The notes under the pieces are model-generated. The model made no database searches and was not told where the DNA came from. It saw only the letters and a program-made list of their open reading frames with translations. The translations under genes and the position numbers were made by a program. Shown in pieces: positions 28,499 through 41,600 of a stretch of 64,000 nt of DNA. Within the stretch, counting starts at the first letter, position 1, and every line of letters starts with the position of its first letter. The DNA comes from Phoronis australis (taxonomy: Eukaryota > Animalia > Phoronida): the NCBI GenBank assembly GCA_002633005.1, contig NMRA01000449.1, forward strand, positions 1-64,000, in the 5' to 3' direction.

Positions 28499-28621
28499 TT
28501 CCTTTTGACATGGCAACTGGTCCACAGTATACTCCATCCGGTCCCAGTGTCGGTATGGGCGTACTGTCGTTAGGGAAACGTGGGTTTGTGGTACAGTTTG
28601 TCCATAAGCCGTGATGACCGT
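28499..28621 (-). CDS. Claudin-superfamily gene, exon 2B (extracellular loop 1, variant B)
   Basis: Acceptor ccattcatttcag|AC and donor GGAA|gtaagg; 123 nt, phase 1-1. Reads DGHHGLWTNCTTNPRFPNDSTPIPTLGPDGVYCGPVAMSKG(N), with the canonical GLW..C...C signature. Confidence 0.87.
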
Positions 28622-29303
28622 CTGAAATGAATGGGATAGTCACATGGCATTCTGAAAACCAACCAAAAGACTTATGACCGTTGGTGGTTGTTGAGCAACT
28701 GTGCTAGACTGCGGTTTAACTATTCGCGTAAAGATCGCAATCAGCATTTGTACTCTAATGTCAACCACGTCAATCACGAAGCAACTACGGAGTGACGCTT
28801 GGCACGGCGAAGTTCTATACTCGGATATGTGCCAACTTTCACAGTACATTAATGTCAGAAGCACTCAATAGAAGGGAGTGCTTCTGTTAGACAAGAGGCT
28901 CTCGATAGATGGCACGAGAGTGCCTCAAAGATTTTTGTATCACCGGACGGCTCTCGTGAGACATGCATGCGATGTCGCTAATACTAATCACGTAATGAGC
29001 GCTCTATAAACACACGCTGCGGTCTGTATATTATATAGCAGCAGACCTCAAAATGGATTAACGTTTACACAGTCATCAAGTTCATGTTTTACGCTGCCTT
29101 GTTTAAACAGTTTTTCCAATAACGGGAACGTATATATTAATGTTGACAAATGTTATTCTGTATATTTACTCTTCTAGATTTACAACGTGACAGGAGCAAT
29201 TTTACCCTGACAAGCAAACGCAAAACTGATACTCGTGGAAACGCTGTGCTCAATCTCGAAATACTAATTGCACGTTAAGTGATGTTGTTTTGATGTCAAA
29301 GAC

Positions 29304-29620
29304 TTTTAAAGCTACATGTCACTTTGTTTAGAAGCTAAAAACGAAAGTCCAGTTAGGCTTCTTACTCTAAAAATTGGTATCATAATATTTTTAGATTGAG
29401 AATTATGCTATTTCCGTTACCAAAAGGGAGCATCGAAACCATCACCTACTCAAGAAAGCGCTTCAAAGTTTATTGAGGCTGGCTAACCCTCAAATTGCTC
29501 AAATTCGAAAATGGTGCATGTAGGTGTAAGAATTCCTTGTGACTTAAGCTGGTAACAGAAGTGGAATGCTATCAAAGTAAGGCAGATTATGAGACCAAGT
29601 TTATAAGGTAAAGAATTAAT
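29304..29620 (+). repeat. Dispersed repeat (TTAA-flanked, Kolobok-like MITE fragment); second copy at ~33165-33420
   Basis: Both copies share aaaaacgaaa...aaaattggtatcataata...atttccgttacca...gaaaccatca...aattcgaaaatgg. Confidence 0.55.
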
Positions 29621-32124
29621 CAACAATATGTTATTTTCTTGCTGTCTACTCCTTCTCTCAGCACTGATGATTGTTAATGTTCTAATCGAAACGTTGATTA
29701 GTAGATATCTATGTAGATATGTTTAGTCAAGCGTTCGTCATCATCTTCGTATTTTGACGAATGTTACAATCGTTACGAATATCACCATCGGCTGCCAGAC
29801 AGAAATACAGAAATATTCATAAGGTGATATATACGCACATGAGGCTGGGGATGTTCGGATTTATCCTATATTTGATGTTTAACTTGTTATATGTGTTTAC
29901 TCATGCATCCTTTTTATTGAAATAAATAAACACATAAAATTCAACTCTACAACCACGTGCCATATCATCGTCGTCACGACTGACGTTACAACTATTTTTA
30001 CATTTAATGTTAGGTAATGTACTCATTGCAGCTATCGTCCGTTGAACTTCATAAATTGGACCGTAACGCAATTATACGCTACAGCCAATGTGACTGGCTT
30101 TAACGCGTTATTTCCCGAGAGACTTGTAGACTCCTACGATTGCAACATTACTCTTCAATGATATTTGCTCTATCTTCACAAGGAATGTTAGATTTTGACC
30201 GTAAACAGGAACACTTGTGTTGGAACTATACTATTCAATAATTATACGGAATATATAGAAACGTCGTTAATTCACAATGCACACCAGTGTCGCTTTAAGC
30301 GAGGCCTTTAACATTTTAGTGCATGAAAAGCATGCTGACAAAATTTAACCTTTTCTAACCCAGTCATTGCCTTGGACACATAATCGAATTCTCATCTTCT
30401 TAAACCCCATGAAGACACTTCGGCTCCTACGTTAACATAAAACGAGTACGTCATTACATAAAACTAATTGATATTTTACAATCGATTCTATATTGTATTA
30501 ATAAAACATGCGTCTTTTTCTCCATTAATTTAGATTATTAATCTGATAGCTTGTACTTTAGGTCAAATACTTATAAAAATGGAATTAGTAGTCGATAATT
30601 ATTCTCGGCTGCGAAATGACCACAATTTCTAAAAACCGGCTAAAACACAATGACGAAATGCAAATGTTACGGCTTAAAATATGTGACCGCACGCCGATTG
30701 TATTGCTTCACATTTATGCAGCGTTCACACGCAGTCCGATCAGAAGCCGGCCCGACAACAAACGGCTATTACTTAAAATGTGCAGTTTATCGCATAAGTG
30801 TAAACGCAGTGTCACGCAGAGCTGACTTGGTTAAAAAAGTAACTTAGCGGCGGAGAACCTTCCTTTTGGAGTAATCGGCGATCTTCATTTACCACGCATA
30901 ATTAGAAAGGCTAACTCTCCGCGTTAAAAAAAAAAAAAAAAANACCCCAAAACATGAACTAAAACACTGGCTTTCAAAGATGTATAGAATAAAAGGCGAT
31001 GAGTGACGCAGTGATTCCGCACAGCAAAATTTTGCGTCGATTGGTTCTTTTGAAACAACTTGCAAATGGAAAAATGGAGTGGTAGATGTGTAGCTTTTAT
31101 AAGAAAGCAGCTCGGAAATATGACCACAAAGGAGTTCACACGCTAAAAGCGAGCGTTCTTATCTGCCGTCTTACCGGGATTTTCCGGTAAGAGTAAATAC
31201 ACTGTAGCATACTATTAATGTACAAAATGCTAATATTCTGATCATTATATGGAGGACCAAAGCCCAACACAAACCTCAACACTGGAATACAGGCTTCTCA
31301 AGCTAAAAGACTGATTTGCCTTCTGATTTCGGGTGGGACAATAACATGGCAAATGACACGTCTAACGAGCGTTCACATGGGGCGACAGATCAAATGTCCG
31401 ACCTGCCTTCTGACCAGACGTCAAGTGAACGCTGTAATAAATTAAATATGCTCAGCAGTTTTGAACTGTTTTGTTGCTGCGTCACTACAAAGAAACTGCC
31501 TCAGTGATAAAAGAATCGAGCCAATACGTAAGGCACTAAAAACACCGTGTACATACTAGACATTATTTGTCTACTAAGAACTTTATTGCTTGGATGAAAC
31601 TGCTGATGTTCAGTTTCTAACTGAAATTGCAACTGAAACAGTAAAAGAAAAGTCACCACTCAATAATCAGAGGTAGGATCGTTCACCAAAACATATTTCA
31701 GGAGTGTAACAAAACGTCAGGGATGAACCCGCAAACATCACGTGTCAATCGGAGGCAGATTGAGTGGGAATAGGAGTAAAAAACCCAAAACCTTCCGTGG
31801 CCTTGAACCAAGGATAAGAGCGGGCCTGTGAGAATAGAATTCCTTGAAACCTGTTAGCACCATTTCCACGAACACGAGACTTAATTATTCATGGCTGAAA
31901 AAGAAGCGAGCCAACACATATCCTGTTAGCAGCAGTAAGGCTGTTTCAAGTCTCCCAGGGACTGTGAGCACCATGTCGAGTAATTATTGTATTGAACATG
32001 GGCCAGCACCATCGGGTACGACCAGTCAGGTTTTTGATGCCATTTTTAAAAGAAAAAATCAATAGGTGAAGCCGATGATAAGAGTAGTAACAATACTGTC
32101 GAATTTACGTTAGTTCCAATACTT

Positions 32125-32388
32125 CAGTAGGCAGTGGTAGTGTTAGTAGTATTGGCAGTAGTAGTAGTAGTAGCATTAGTAATAGTATAGTAACGGTAGT
32201 AGTGGTAGTAGTAGTAGTGGAAGTGATGGTGGTGGTGGTGCTAGTAGTATTGGCAGTAGTAGTAGTATTAGCAGTATTAGCAGTAGCATTAGCAGTAGTA
32301 GTAGTAGCAGTAGCAGTCGCAGTAGCAGTCGCAGTAGCAGTAGCAGTAGCAGTCGCAGTAGCAGTAGCAGTCGCAGTAGCAGTAGCAT
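32125..32388. repeat. Compound (GTA)n/(GTAGCA)n microsatellite
   Basis: Directly visible. It produces the spurious poly-AT, poly-VA and poly-L ORFs. Confidence 0.95.
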
Positions 32389-32459
32389 CAGAAAAATCAA
32401 TGAAAAGGTTAAAAACAAAATTTGAATAACAATTAGTGAGAGACCATACAATTAAACAA

Positions 32460-32640
32460 TACACAGGTAGCCTACCTGGATTTGAAAATGCCTATAGATT
32501 CACTCAACGGGATATCGGAATTGGGATGGTTGCATAGCATGGCTCCAAAATAGAATGATGAATGTTTGCCAAAACTAGTCCTGGTTTTATGAAGATGAAT
32601 GCCATTGATACTAGACTTAGTACGTCTTTTATGAACATGA
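32460..32640 (-). mobile_element. 3' end relic of a CR1/L2-like LINE ORF2
   Basis: Reads TRTSFGKHSSFYFGAMLCNHPNSDIPLSESIGIFKSR, resembling the 'GK.SF.Y.GA.LWN.LP..I...SL..FK' ORF2 tail. A microsatellite follows. Confidence 0.65.
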
Positions 32641-35600
32641 TTTAGGAGCTTGACTTTATAACAAAATACGCAGGTGCCGTGCCATAGAGACATTTGTACA
32701 TAGTTAAACACGTATACAATAATCTCCACGCACATCCAGTTTGAGTCAGCCCAAAGTGGAGTACGTGATATATTCATTTGTTTGCAGAACAGTTCAAGCA
32801 ATCACATTCTGTAGTGGGAGCAATCTGGCTCTTAAACCTAGAGAACACCAAAATATTCCAAACGTGGCAAAACTATGACTCCGTACAAGCGACTCAGAGA
32901 ATCAAGATCCCTCTCAACCTCCTTTATCTTTCTCAGATATTTCAAAGCAAATGTCATCTTCATGCGTATCCCAGATAGCACGTCTATCCAGAAAAATTGC
33001 TTCGTATGTTACTAACCGCCAAATATCAAGGGACAAGAAACTTGGACATCTGATGGGAATGAACACTCTTGTTTTTGACATCTAAGGCCAATCTGCTGCC
33101 TTGTAACCTCAGACAAGCATGGGACAAGTAGGCATCAAAGATGCATTCGCCCTCATCATCTGGGTAAAAACGAAAATCGGTATAGGCCATTTCTCATAAA
33201 ATTGGTATCATAATACTCCTTACCGTGGTACAATTCCATTTCCGTTACCATCAGGAACATTGAAACCATCAGCGATTCAATAAAATGGTTTGACCAGACC
33301 TAAAATTGTTAATTCGAAAATGGCGCCATGAACGTATTGTCTGTGGCTAAACCTTGTAACAAGAATGAAATCCTGTCACACTAAAGACATTAAGAGACCG
33401 ATTTATGACCATAAAAGGCCTATTTAGGTTTTCGTATTTAAGTATCTAAACAAAGGCGTAATGATGCTTATCACACTTCTTGGACAGTCTTCGCTACGCC
33501 CAAGCAATCCATCTTTTTACTTCACATAATCACACTTTTGTAATGTTGTAGACAAACACGGGAATACTGACCAACACTTATGGCAAATTTCACAGCCTGT
33601 GTTTCGTGTTAACATGTTGTCAGCACACTAAAACCGTTTTTACCTGATGCCAAATGGCCGCCAATATAGTCACTCTACATCCCATTGCCGAATACTCATA
33701 GTTGTCAGCTCCAAGACACGTGCATGTATCCAGTCTGTAAATAAGTACCTACAGACTAGGGGCTACATGCAGAACACATTTTAAGGTCCTAATTCGGAAG
33801 TTGTGATGCTCATTAAGTGAAGTTGTCAGAAAGAAGTCACCACACAATAGGAAAGTTTGGGTGGGACCGGGGCTCCTAGCCTCCTCCCACTGAAATCCGC
33901 CTGTGAATTCAAACATGACACTTGTTTCCCGAAAAAAGTTGCTGGTACACTCCAGAATACGACACTGTGTCGTTATAAACTGAATTTTATGGTTTGCCTT
34001 TAGTAACATTACCTTTCTTCCATTTTTTGGACCACTTATATGGCTCTTCTCAAGGGCTTGACTTTGGTACATGTGTATACAAAAAATAACAGAGTTTAGG
34101 CCCACTGTTTTTCTTACCATGCCCCTGTATTTGAGCCTAACTCAGTGACTGCATTTCTGAAACGTGGGACGAACAACTGTAAAGCGGTCAGTTTCCCGCT
34201 CTGGGTATTTCTACGCTTTTTCCTACAGCAATACTCCTCCGTTGAGTCGGGAACATGTGGCCGAACTCTGACGTCAAATTTATGTGTGTGTTTATAACAC
34301 GTCAAATATATGAAGACTTAGACAGATAGACTTGCAGTATAATTAAGCTATTAATTGTTGTGAAACATACGAATCATTGGGAACGCTTATTATTGGAATA
34401 TTTTAATAACAAAAGCGTCATATGAGCACGCAGCGTAATAGTCGAGTTCAAACGACAGAAGTAGCTGTATGTCTGAGAACAAATTCACTAATTTTGCGTG
34501 TTTCGTTCACCGCAATCTCAACAAATCTATAATTTACGTGCAAGCAAACATACAAACGCATATTTGGACGAACTACGAATATTCATCTAATTATGCATTG
34601 TCAATTGCGTGTGTCGACCTTTGGATTAACGGTCGTCTGCAAATGAAATTTTAAATCTTCCAATTTGATTGATTGTCGCCACCAATCCAGTCAAAAACAG
34701 GTTGCCATGATCTGCAATGCACCGGTGGGTGGTAACTTATGTGGTGTAAAAATGCAGCTGGTTTCAAACCCAGTTCAAGGCATTTTCTCAAAACAACTGG
34801 TCTCCCCACGGCGCTAAATTGTAGAAAATGGCCAGAAAGCTGCTAAGCAAAAGCAATTCACTGCTGACATCCCACACATTTATAGGAGATTTAGATTTCA
34901 AATAACACTTTCAGTACTCGTACGCGGTGAGTTGGCCTGGGCCGTCAATGATTAGAATAATTTTTCCAATAAAATTGGATGCAGATTGCAAAAAAGTAAG
35001 AACCAAAGAAGCCAAAACACTTCATTTTTATTGACAGTTTACAAGGAAGCTTTCGACAGGAGGCGCTTTAAGAGAGTGGATTTGCTAGCTTTGTGCAGGA
35101 TGCAATCTTCGAAACAAATCGCTTTCATGATACAGCAATAGTTCAAAAGAGATATTGATTTCACAACGTTTAACCCCTGCCACTGAGGAGAGGAGCCCTT
35201 CGATCTCGCCATAAATCCAATTACCCTTCTCAATTATCCCCTCTCCTTTTAAGTGTCAGCTTCCCATGTAGTACGAATCAATGGTAATTAAATATGCATA
35301 ACATATTCATTTTATGACAACAACTTGCCACTGTTCACTAGGGCTAAACAAATAACGAGAACGCACGGTAAATTATACCAGATAAATACATCAGTCGTCG
35401 TTCGTTACTCACCACCGGCCAGTTCATAACCACATCACCCTAACGAGTACATGTGTTATGCACTCGTTTATTTTCAGGTCGATTGGGTAAAACTTGCATT
35501 ACCGTATGTGTCCCTATTTAGCATTTATTTGTAAAAGAGCTTTTTTTTCTCAAAACAAGTTTTCCATGCAGGCGCATGCGTCCTGTTACAGGCGTAGACG

Positions 35601-36065
35601 GCTATCACGTGTACACTGTACATTTGCATGCCTCGGATATTGTCGCGTGGCACTTTCATTTCTGAAGCACGTGATCCATTCTTCCCTGCTATCCATAGCC
35701 ACTCTTCTTTGTGACCGACACGGCCCCAGTATTGCCTCATCACCTCTTCTTCAATTGTTCCCCTATCCAGTTATACGTGCTTAGTTCAACCCGTTGCCCC
35801 AATACAAACATCAACTAAGTGGCAACTTGTTCACGACCCTCATCATTAACCCTTTTTCATGTAACAATTTTTAGATACCCTGATATTCCTATTAATTTTT
35901 GTCAACTTTACTATTGTTTTCAGTTCCCCAAAAGTTTCAGCTTAATCCCCTTCAGTCTAAGTGGTGAACTTTTTATCACCTTGTTATTTAACATTACAAT
36001 CCATTCATACTAATTTTTATCTTTATCTGCTACTTGCTTCTGACTGAATTCTCATTTTCCATCCC

Positions 36066-36097
36066 TTGTATTGTATTGTATTGTATTGTATTGTATT
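36066..36097. repeat. (TTGTA)n microsatellite
   Basis: About six units are directly visible. Confidence 0.95.
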
Positions 36098-36534
36098 TAT
36101 GTAACAGTGATATATTCCTTCAGTAATCATGGCTACACTTTCTGCATTATCTGTTTCTGATTTACTTTTCCTCATTTTAGTCAGTCTTTAACATTTTTAC
36201 AGTTCAATCTGTCTTTACTCTTTTAACAGTTTAGCTTATATTGTATGCTTATGCAAGTGCAGTCCTTCCTAGTGTCAGTACAGAGTGTACAGATTACTGT
36301 ATTTTCTTAATCTTCCATACCCACGATTCTTATTATTTTAATCATTTCGTTTTCCAACTTCAATGATCTTGACGCTATCCATGTATCTTAATGATCATGT
36401 TTCCTTATTTTAGTCTTTTTAGCTAACTACTGCCCTGAGTAGCAGAAAAAGTTGTCTATCTCCGTCGTGTTTAAAACTTGTCACCATAGTCCAACGCTTC
36501 TGGTGGATATCTTGTTTCTGTTGCATATATTCAC

Positions 36535-36670
36535 TGACACAATACGCGTTCTAGAAACAACTACGTTCCTCAGTTTCTCAGAACAGGTCAACGCACTTTT
36601 TATGTAGTGGTCGCCTAGTACAATCAACTACCACTCACCCTGAGAAATGTTCAGTTCAGAAATTTGAATC
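36535..36670 (+). mobile_element. 3' end relic of a CR1/L2-like LINE
   Basis: Reads HNTRSRNNYVPQFLRTGQRTFYVVVA*YNQLPLTLRN, similar to 'HNTR...GQR.F...WN.LP..LR' ORF2 ends. Confidence 0.5.
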
Positions 36671-38049
36671 TAGTCATTTAACTAAGTTCTGTAATTATTT
36701 TCAGTTCCGTTGCTCATGTTGTTAGTATTCCCACATATTATAACTTCCTCTATTACTGTGTCTGTGTTGACATACGCAACATAATTCATCGTTATTTTAT
36801 TTTTCATGTTTTCTTGTAAATTTCATATTGTACCAAGGCCTATTGGAAGAACAGTGCTTTACAAAGAACATGGCTACCGAGAGTAAAGATATTCAAGGAA
36901 CAATAAAGCAACGGTATTTTTGAGAATAACGAAGAAACAAATAAAGACGATTGCTCGGCCATTATTATGTCTGCTTGCATGGCATTGATGTTAGTGACTT
37001 TGATGTTGTGATTAAGCGATTTGAAAGATTCGCATCACATGCTAAAGAAGGCGTAAGTGCGCATACTGATAAATCATACAATACGCTTTAGGGTAGTACA
37101 TTCTTGATAACTGAGAATAAAGGAACTCCATAGTAGCCTCTCAGTGAACTAAATTGCTTGTTTAGAACTTGTCATCACAACAAAACATTCTCACCAAAAA
37201 ATAACAACTACATCCCTCTGATATAGAGATAGGTAAATTATCATGTGCGTATTCGATCGAAGTACTGATATTTCAAACAACTTCATTTCCTAACGTTGCA
37301 ATACATGTAGTTCTCAATCATGTTTGGCATCTCGTATACGTACAATTTGTTCAAAGTCATGGGGATTAATTAACAACGATTATCAGATATGAAGAGAGAG
37401 AAGCAAATTAGCCTCAGTTATCAACAAAAATTGTGTGCTGAAAGAGTAATGACAATGCTATTAGTCAGTGCATTACCATATAGCGCCGTTTATATTTGTC
37501 TGAATGGAATCGCAGTCATTACATTAAACAAATGACTTCCCGACTCTTTACACTGTTTTTGTCCCCCACAAAATACTGCGTAATAAGTTAACAGATTAAA
37601 GTTTACACTATTATTTAGGCAGGCATTAATAGTAAAAAATGCGTTGTTTTCAAAAGATGTTTTACGTAAGCGTTATCAATCATATTCATGTCCACGTTTA
37701 GCCTAAGCGTCACTTCTAGGCCCACAAATCTGCAAGTGATGTACTGGTTGTGTTTATGTCTTCTATGCAATTTTGATACATTTTCGTTTATCAGCTATGG
37801 TTTCACACACGTGACAGCTTTGCTTAAGAAGATTTGGAGTTCAAAGACATTTGCTATGACCAACATTTAGTTAATGACAAGTTTTAAAAGCAGTTAACAA
37901 GAGCCATGGGTTCGTTTAATCTACTATAAAACAACAACGGGTATAGTAAATAAATAAAAGAAATGAATACGTGAAAACAAATATACCGTGTACTAAAAGC
38001 AATAGATATTGAGGTCTAATACATCCGAACCAACACATTGCCTACAGAA

Positions 38050-38690
38050 AGGATGTACCTTATTACGAGTGTTCAGTTCTTGAATTCAAAGTGATTCCAA
38101 ACATGTTTTTGTACCTTAGTAACGGCAAGGGAATGCTCGGCACGTAACTTAAAGCCAGTGTTTTCGAAGTAAAAGGGAAACAATCATCACCACATGGTAG
38201 ATCCTGAACTTTTTAAAAACATCAGCACTAGTTTTTGTCGCTTATCCACACGACCAATGTTGGGAGATTCGCTTTACTCAACAGGTCAGATTACGAGCTT
38301 ATAAAAGCCCCGTAAGTGGCTTTAAGGGCCCCATTATCGATCCCTTCTTTCAATTAGAGTCCTGCCCATAGAATGACACACAAGTAGAAAATAAATGAAT
38401 AAATTTTGACAAAATAAATGACTTGTTAATAGTATACGACAATCCAAATCAATAGAATCTGCCAGCTTGCTGATCACCGACAGTTGTCTGGGTGTATTCC
38501 TGCATAAAATGTCGATATGTTGTTTGAGAGACAAATGCCTTTATCCAGACAGGAATTCCATACAATTTTCAGACTCAATCATATTTTTCCCATCCACATG
38601 TAAGGTTATATTTCCTGTAACCCCTTCGTTCTAACCAGGAAGGATGGTACAATGGAATTTATCAGGGTTTGCTTTCATTTTATTCCCAGA
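38050..38690 (-). mobile_element. Degenerate CR1/L2-clade LINE reverse transcriptase C-terminal relic
   Basis: Frameshifted fragments KMKANPDKFHC, SLKQHIDILCRNTPRQLSVISKL and SFILSKF resemble the region downstream of the RT catalytic motif in CR1-like ORF2. Confidence 0.7.
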
Positions 38691-41600
38691 GAACTAGATA
38701 ATGAGCTTGATAAGAGTCAGCAATGGAAGTCTGAATGACATCAGTAACAGTGGGTCCAGCAGCCGCAAGTGACTTTCGATTGATTCATTTAACATTGATT
38801 GACCCCATAAGTAATATGACATAATAAGCATAATGCAACACTGCACAAAAAACTGATAGTGACAAAGACAAATACAAATGAAAGTAATGGTCAAAATGGA
38901 ACCAGAGTACAAGTATAAAGTAAATTAAAAAGACAGTGAATGGATGGCATAAACATGTAGTTACTTATTTCCATCGCGGTTAATCCCACAGAGAAAAATT
39001 AACGAAAGAATAATTAATTAAATAATAAATAGATACATAAATAAATACACATTTTAATTTTAAATAAATCTAACAATTTATTACATAAACAGACAGGTAA
39101 GATGAGGACGCGATTGGATGACAATAACATGACAAAGTAGATTAAAGGAGTGTACAGTGGTCTGATGCAATTAGAAATATTAAGTCACAACATGAAGAGC
39201 CATCGTTTGAACTTTGTGAAACAGAGAACGTTTTCATTTGGTGCTGAAATTTGAAGGAGTGCTTGTTTCTCGTGCGTGAGTTGATAGACAAGTCCATTGG
39301 TTGACACCGGCACTACAAGAGGACAGTTGTTCATTTTTTTGAATGAGGTCAGTTGAAATGGTGAACAAACGATGGAATCTATGGGAAGCAATGGAAGAAA
39401 TGTTTGAAATAAGATTAATGATATGATAGATAGTGAGCATCAGGCGTGACGTCAAAAACTTAATTCTGTATTCGACAGACAATGATTGTGCCCAAGAGAT
39501 CACGTTTTCGCTAATATGGAATCCAAATAGTAGTTTAAGGAGAAATCGCGGTTATATGAAGAGATGGATTAGGACACGATCGTCTTTTGTTCTGCAGACG
39601 TAAACTTTACAAGAATTCGCAGTCCCAATACGCCATTTGTAAAAATCCAACTCAAATGCTTGCAATCCATTTTCGCTAATGGAAGCCTCTCTGTTCTGGT
39701 GATTGATAATTGTCATCGCTTCGTGCTACATAACATGCAAACACAAACTAGTTCAATAGGTGTGTTGAATTTGGTTGAATCATGTTTGACATCGTTTCTC
39801 AAATCACGAAATTAACTTTTCGGTGGAAACACTTTAATAAAATGACTTGGGTAAGGAGACATTTTTATATTTGCGCAAGCCTAAACTAGACTGAGGCTCG
39901 AAACTTGACCAATCACGTCTCGCGATTCGAGTGCAAACTAAGTCTACTCCAAGCGTGCCATTTCATTGGTTCATTTTTGAGTACAGAGGTAGATACCGGG
40001 AACAGATCACAAGCACCGGCACTATATTTTGCTTCATTTGGAATCGAAAAACTATGTAATAGTAAAGGAATGCAAGATGAATAGATCCGATTGTAAATTG
40101 TTTTTGAAATCTTCAGAACAGAAAAAAGCATTGTAAAGGGTAGGAGGATTTGCAGCAACTTTTAGGTACCGTAAATTCTCTGTTTTGCACTTCCGGCATA
40201 GCTGGTACTTCGTGGCCGTTACGAAATCACGTCACATTTATCTCTATACATATACAGGGACACTACAGACACTGTCATCTACTTTTCTACTCTTGCTATT
40301 AACCCTCTTCGCAGGGCCATTTTGAAACGCATTGTTGTGACCCATGTTTTGGAATGAAAGCCCCTTTTTCGTTGAATACTGGCGAGTTAGTGTTTCTAAT
40401 AACCCACGATTACAACACGGACCAAATTGAGTTCGGCAAATTGCTTTGACAGCGGGAAGTGACTCAATTTAGTCTGATTTGATGATTGGGTTCCCGGCTT
40501 GACCTATTTATGCATCGTGGAACTTGACTTGGAGGGCTAAACAAAATACTACGCGTTAAAACTACTTTAAACACCCGTGGACCGTATAACCAGAGGTCGC
40601 ACGCCCAGTTGAACGTTTGAGGCTGCGATCTTGACGTCGTGTTTATTGTAAGATAAACCGTAATTGTTACCATAGTCGGATGATTCCAATAGTATTTGTC
40701 CCCTCCGATACACACAGATATACTGCGTAATTAATTTCAACTAAATTCTACCGCCTCATAGACTCTGTTCTACCTTCACCTCAAGAGGACAAAATTGAGT
40801 CCACCAAATCAACAAACTGAAAAGACATACGATTGCTCGACATTTTGTTTTGTAGAATAAGGGACACATACTATACATGTAAGGAACCGCCCACTCCGTA
40901 TACACACACCTATAATGGCTATCTTCATAAACGATTTAAGCGAAGTGAACGATAAATGAATTTAATATACACCGGCATAAGTTATAGTTGTGAGGCTTTT
41001 TGTGGACCGTTTTTGGGAATAAGAGCTGATTGCCGTTCGATAGCGCCTTTAATAATTCATGGTCATTTGCTGTGTGACGTCTCTAAAGCAATTACTTGCC
41101 AGAGGGTTTATCATTGAACTAAATGTGGGTTACTGGGGGGGATCGTGTTATTTTAGTGTTCGTGTACCAGCTCAAATTGCGTTACATATTTGTGCACTAG
41201 GTGTACACATAATAGTCGCATGTGAGGCCAANGTGGGCAACATTGCTTTCCCTTGGGAAGTTGTGATGGCAGACAGAGGGCAAAAGTGGTACACGGTGGC
41301 GACCGCGGAACACATGCTGACAAAACTGAAATATCTGTGGCCTCCGACCCATAAGGATCAGTTTCGGGCTGTAAATGGAGGCGTGTTCCGTATGTACGAC
41401 GTATACAGCATCGTTAGTCCGTGACTCACGACAACTGCGAGAAATCCTGGGCAATGTAGACCTCTCGGCTGGTCATAAGGTTGCACTTCCGGTGAAAATC
41501 TTCACTCATAGAATGGAAGCTGTGAATTCAACCCCACAGTTCAAATCACCAACCTCGCGAGCTTATCACGTCATTTAGCTAGGACATGCTAATAACTTTC

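Noticed and set aside
32105-32464. Thr/Ala-rich antifreeze- or mucin-like ORF
   Set aside because: It is the translation of a microsatellite next to a LINE tail.
41059-41578. 121-aa plus-strand ORF containing MADRG (Harbinger DDE-like motif)
   Set aside because: It spans an N join and has no other transposase motifs, so the evidence is insufficient.
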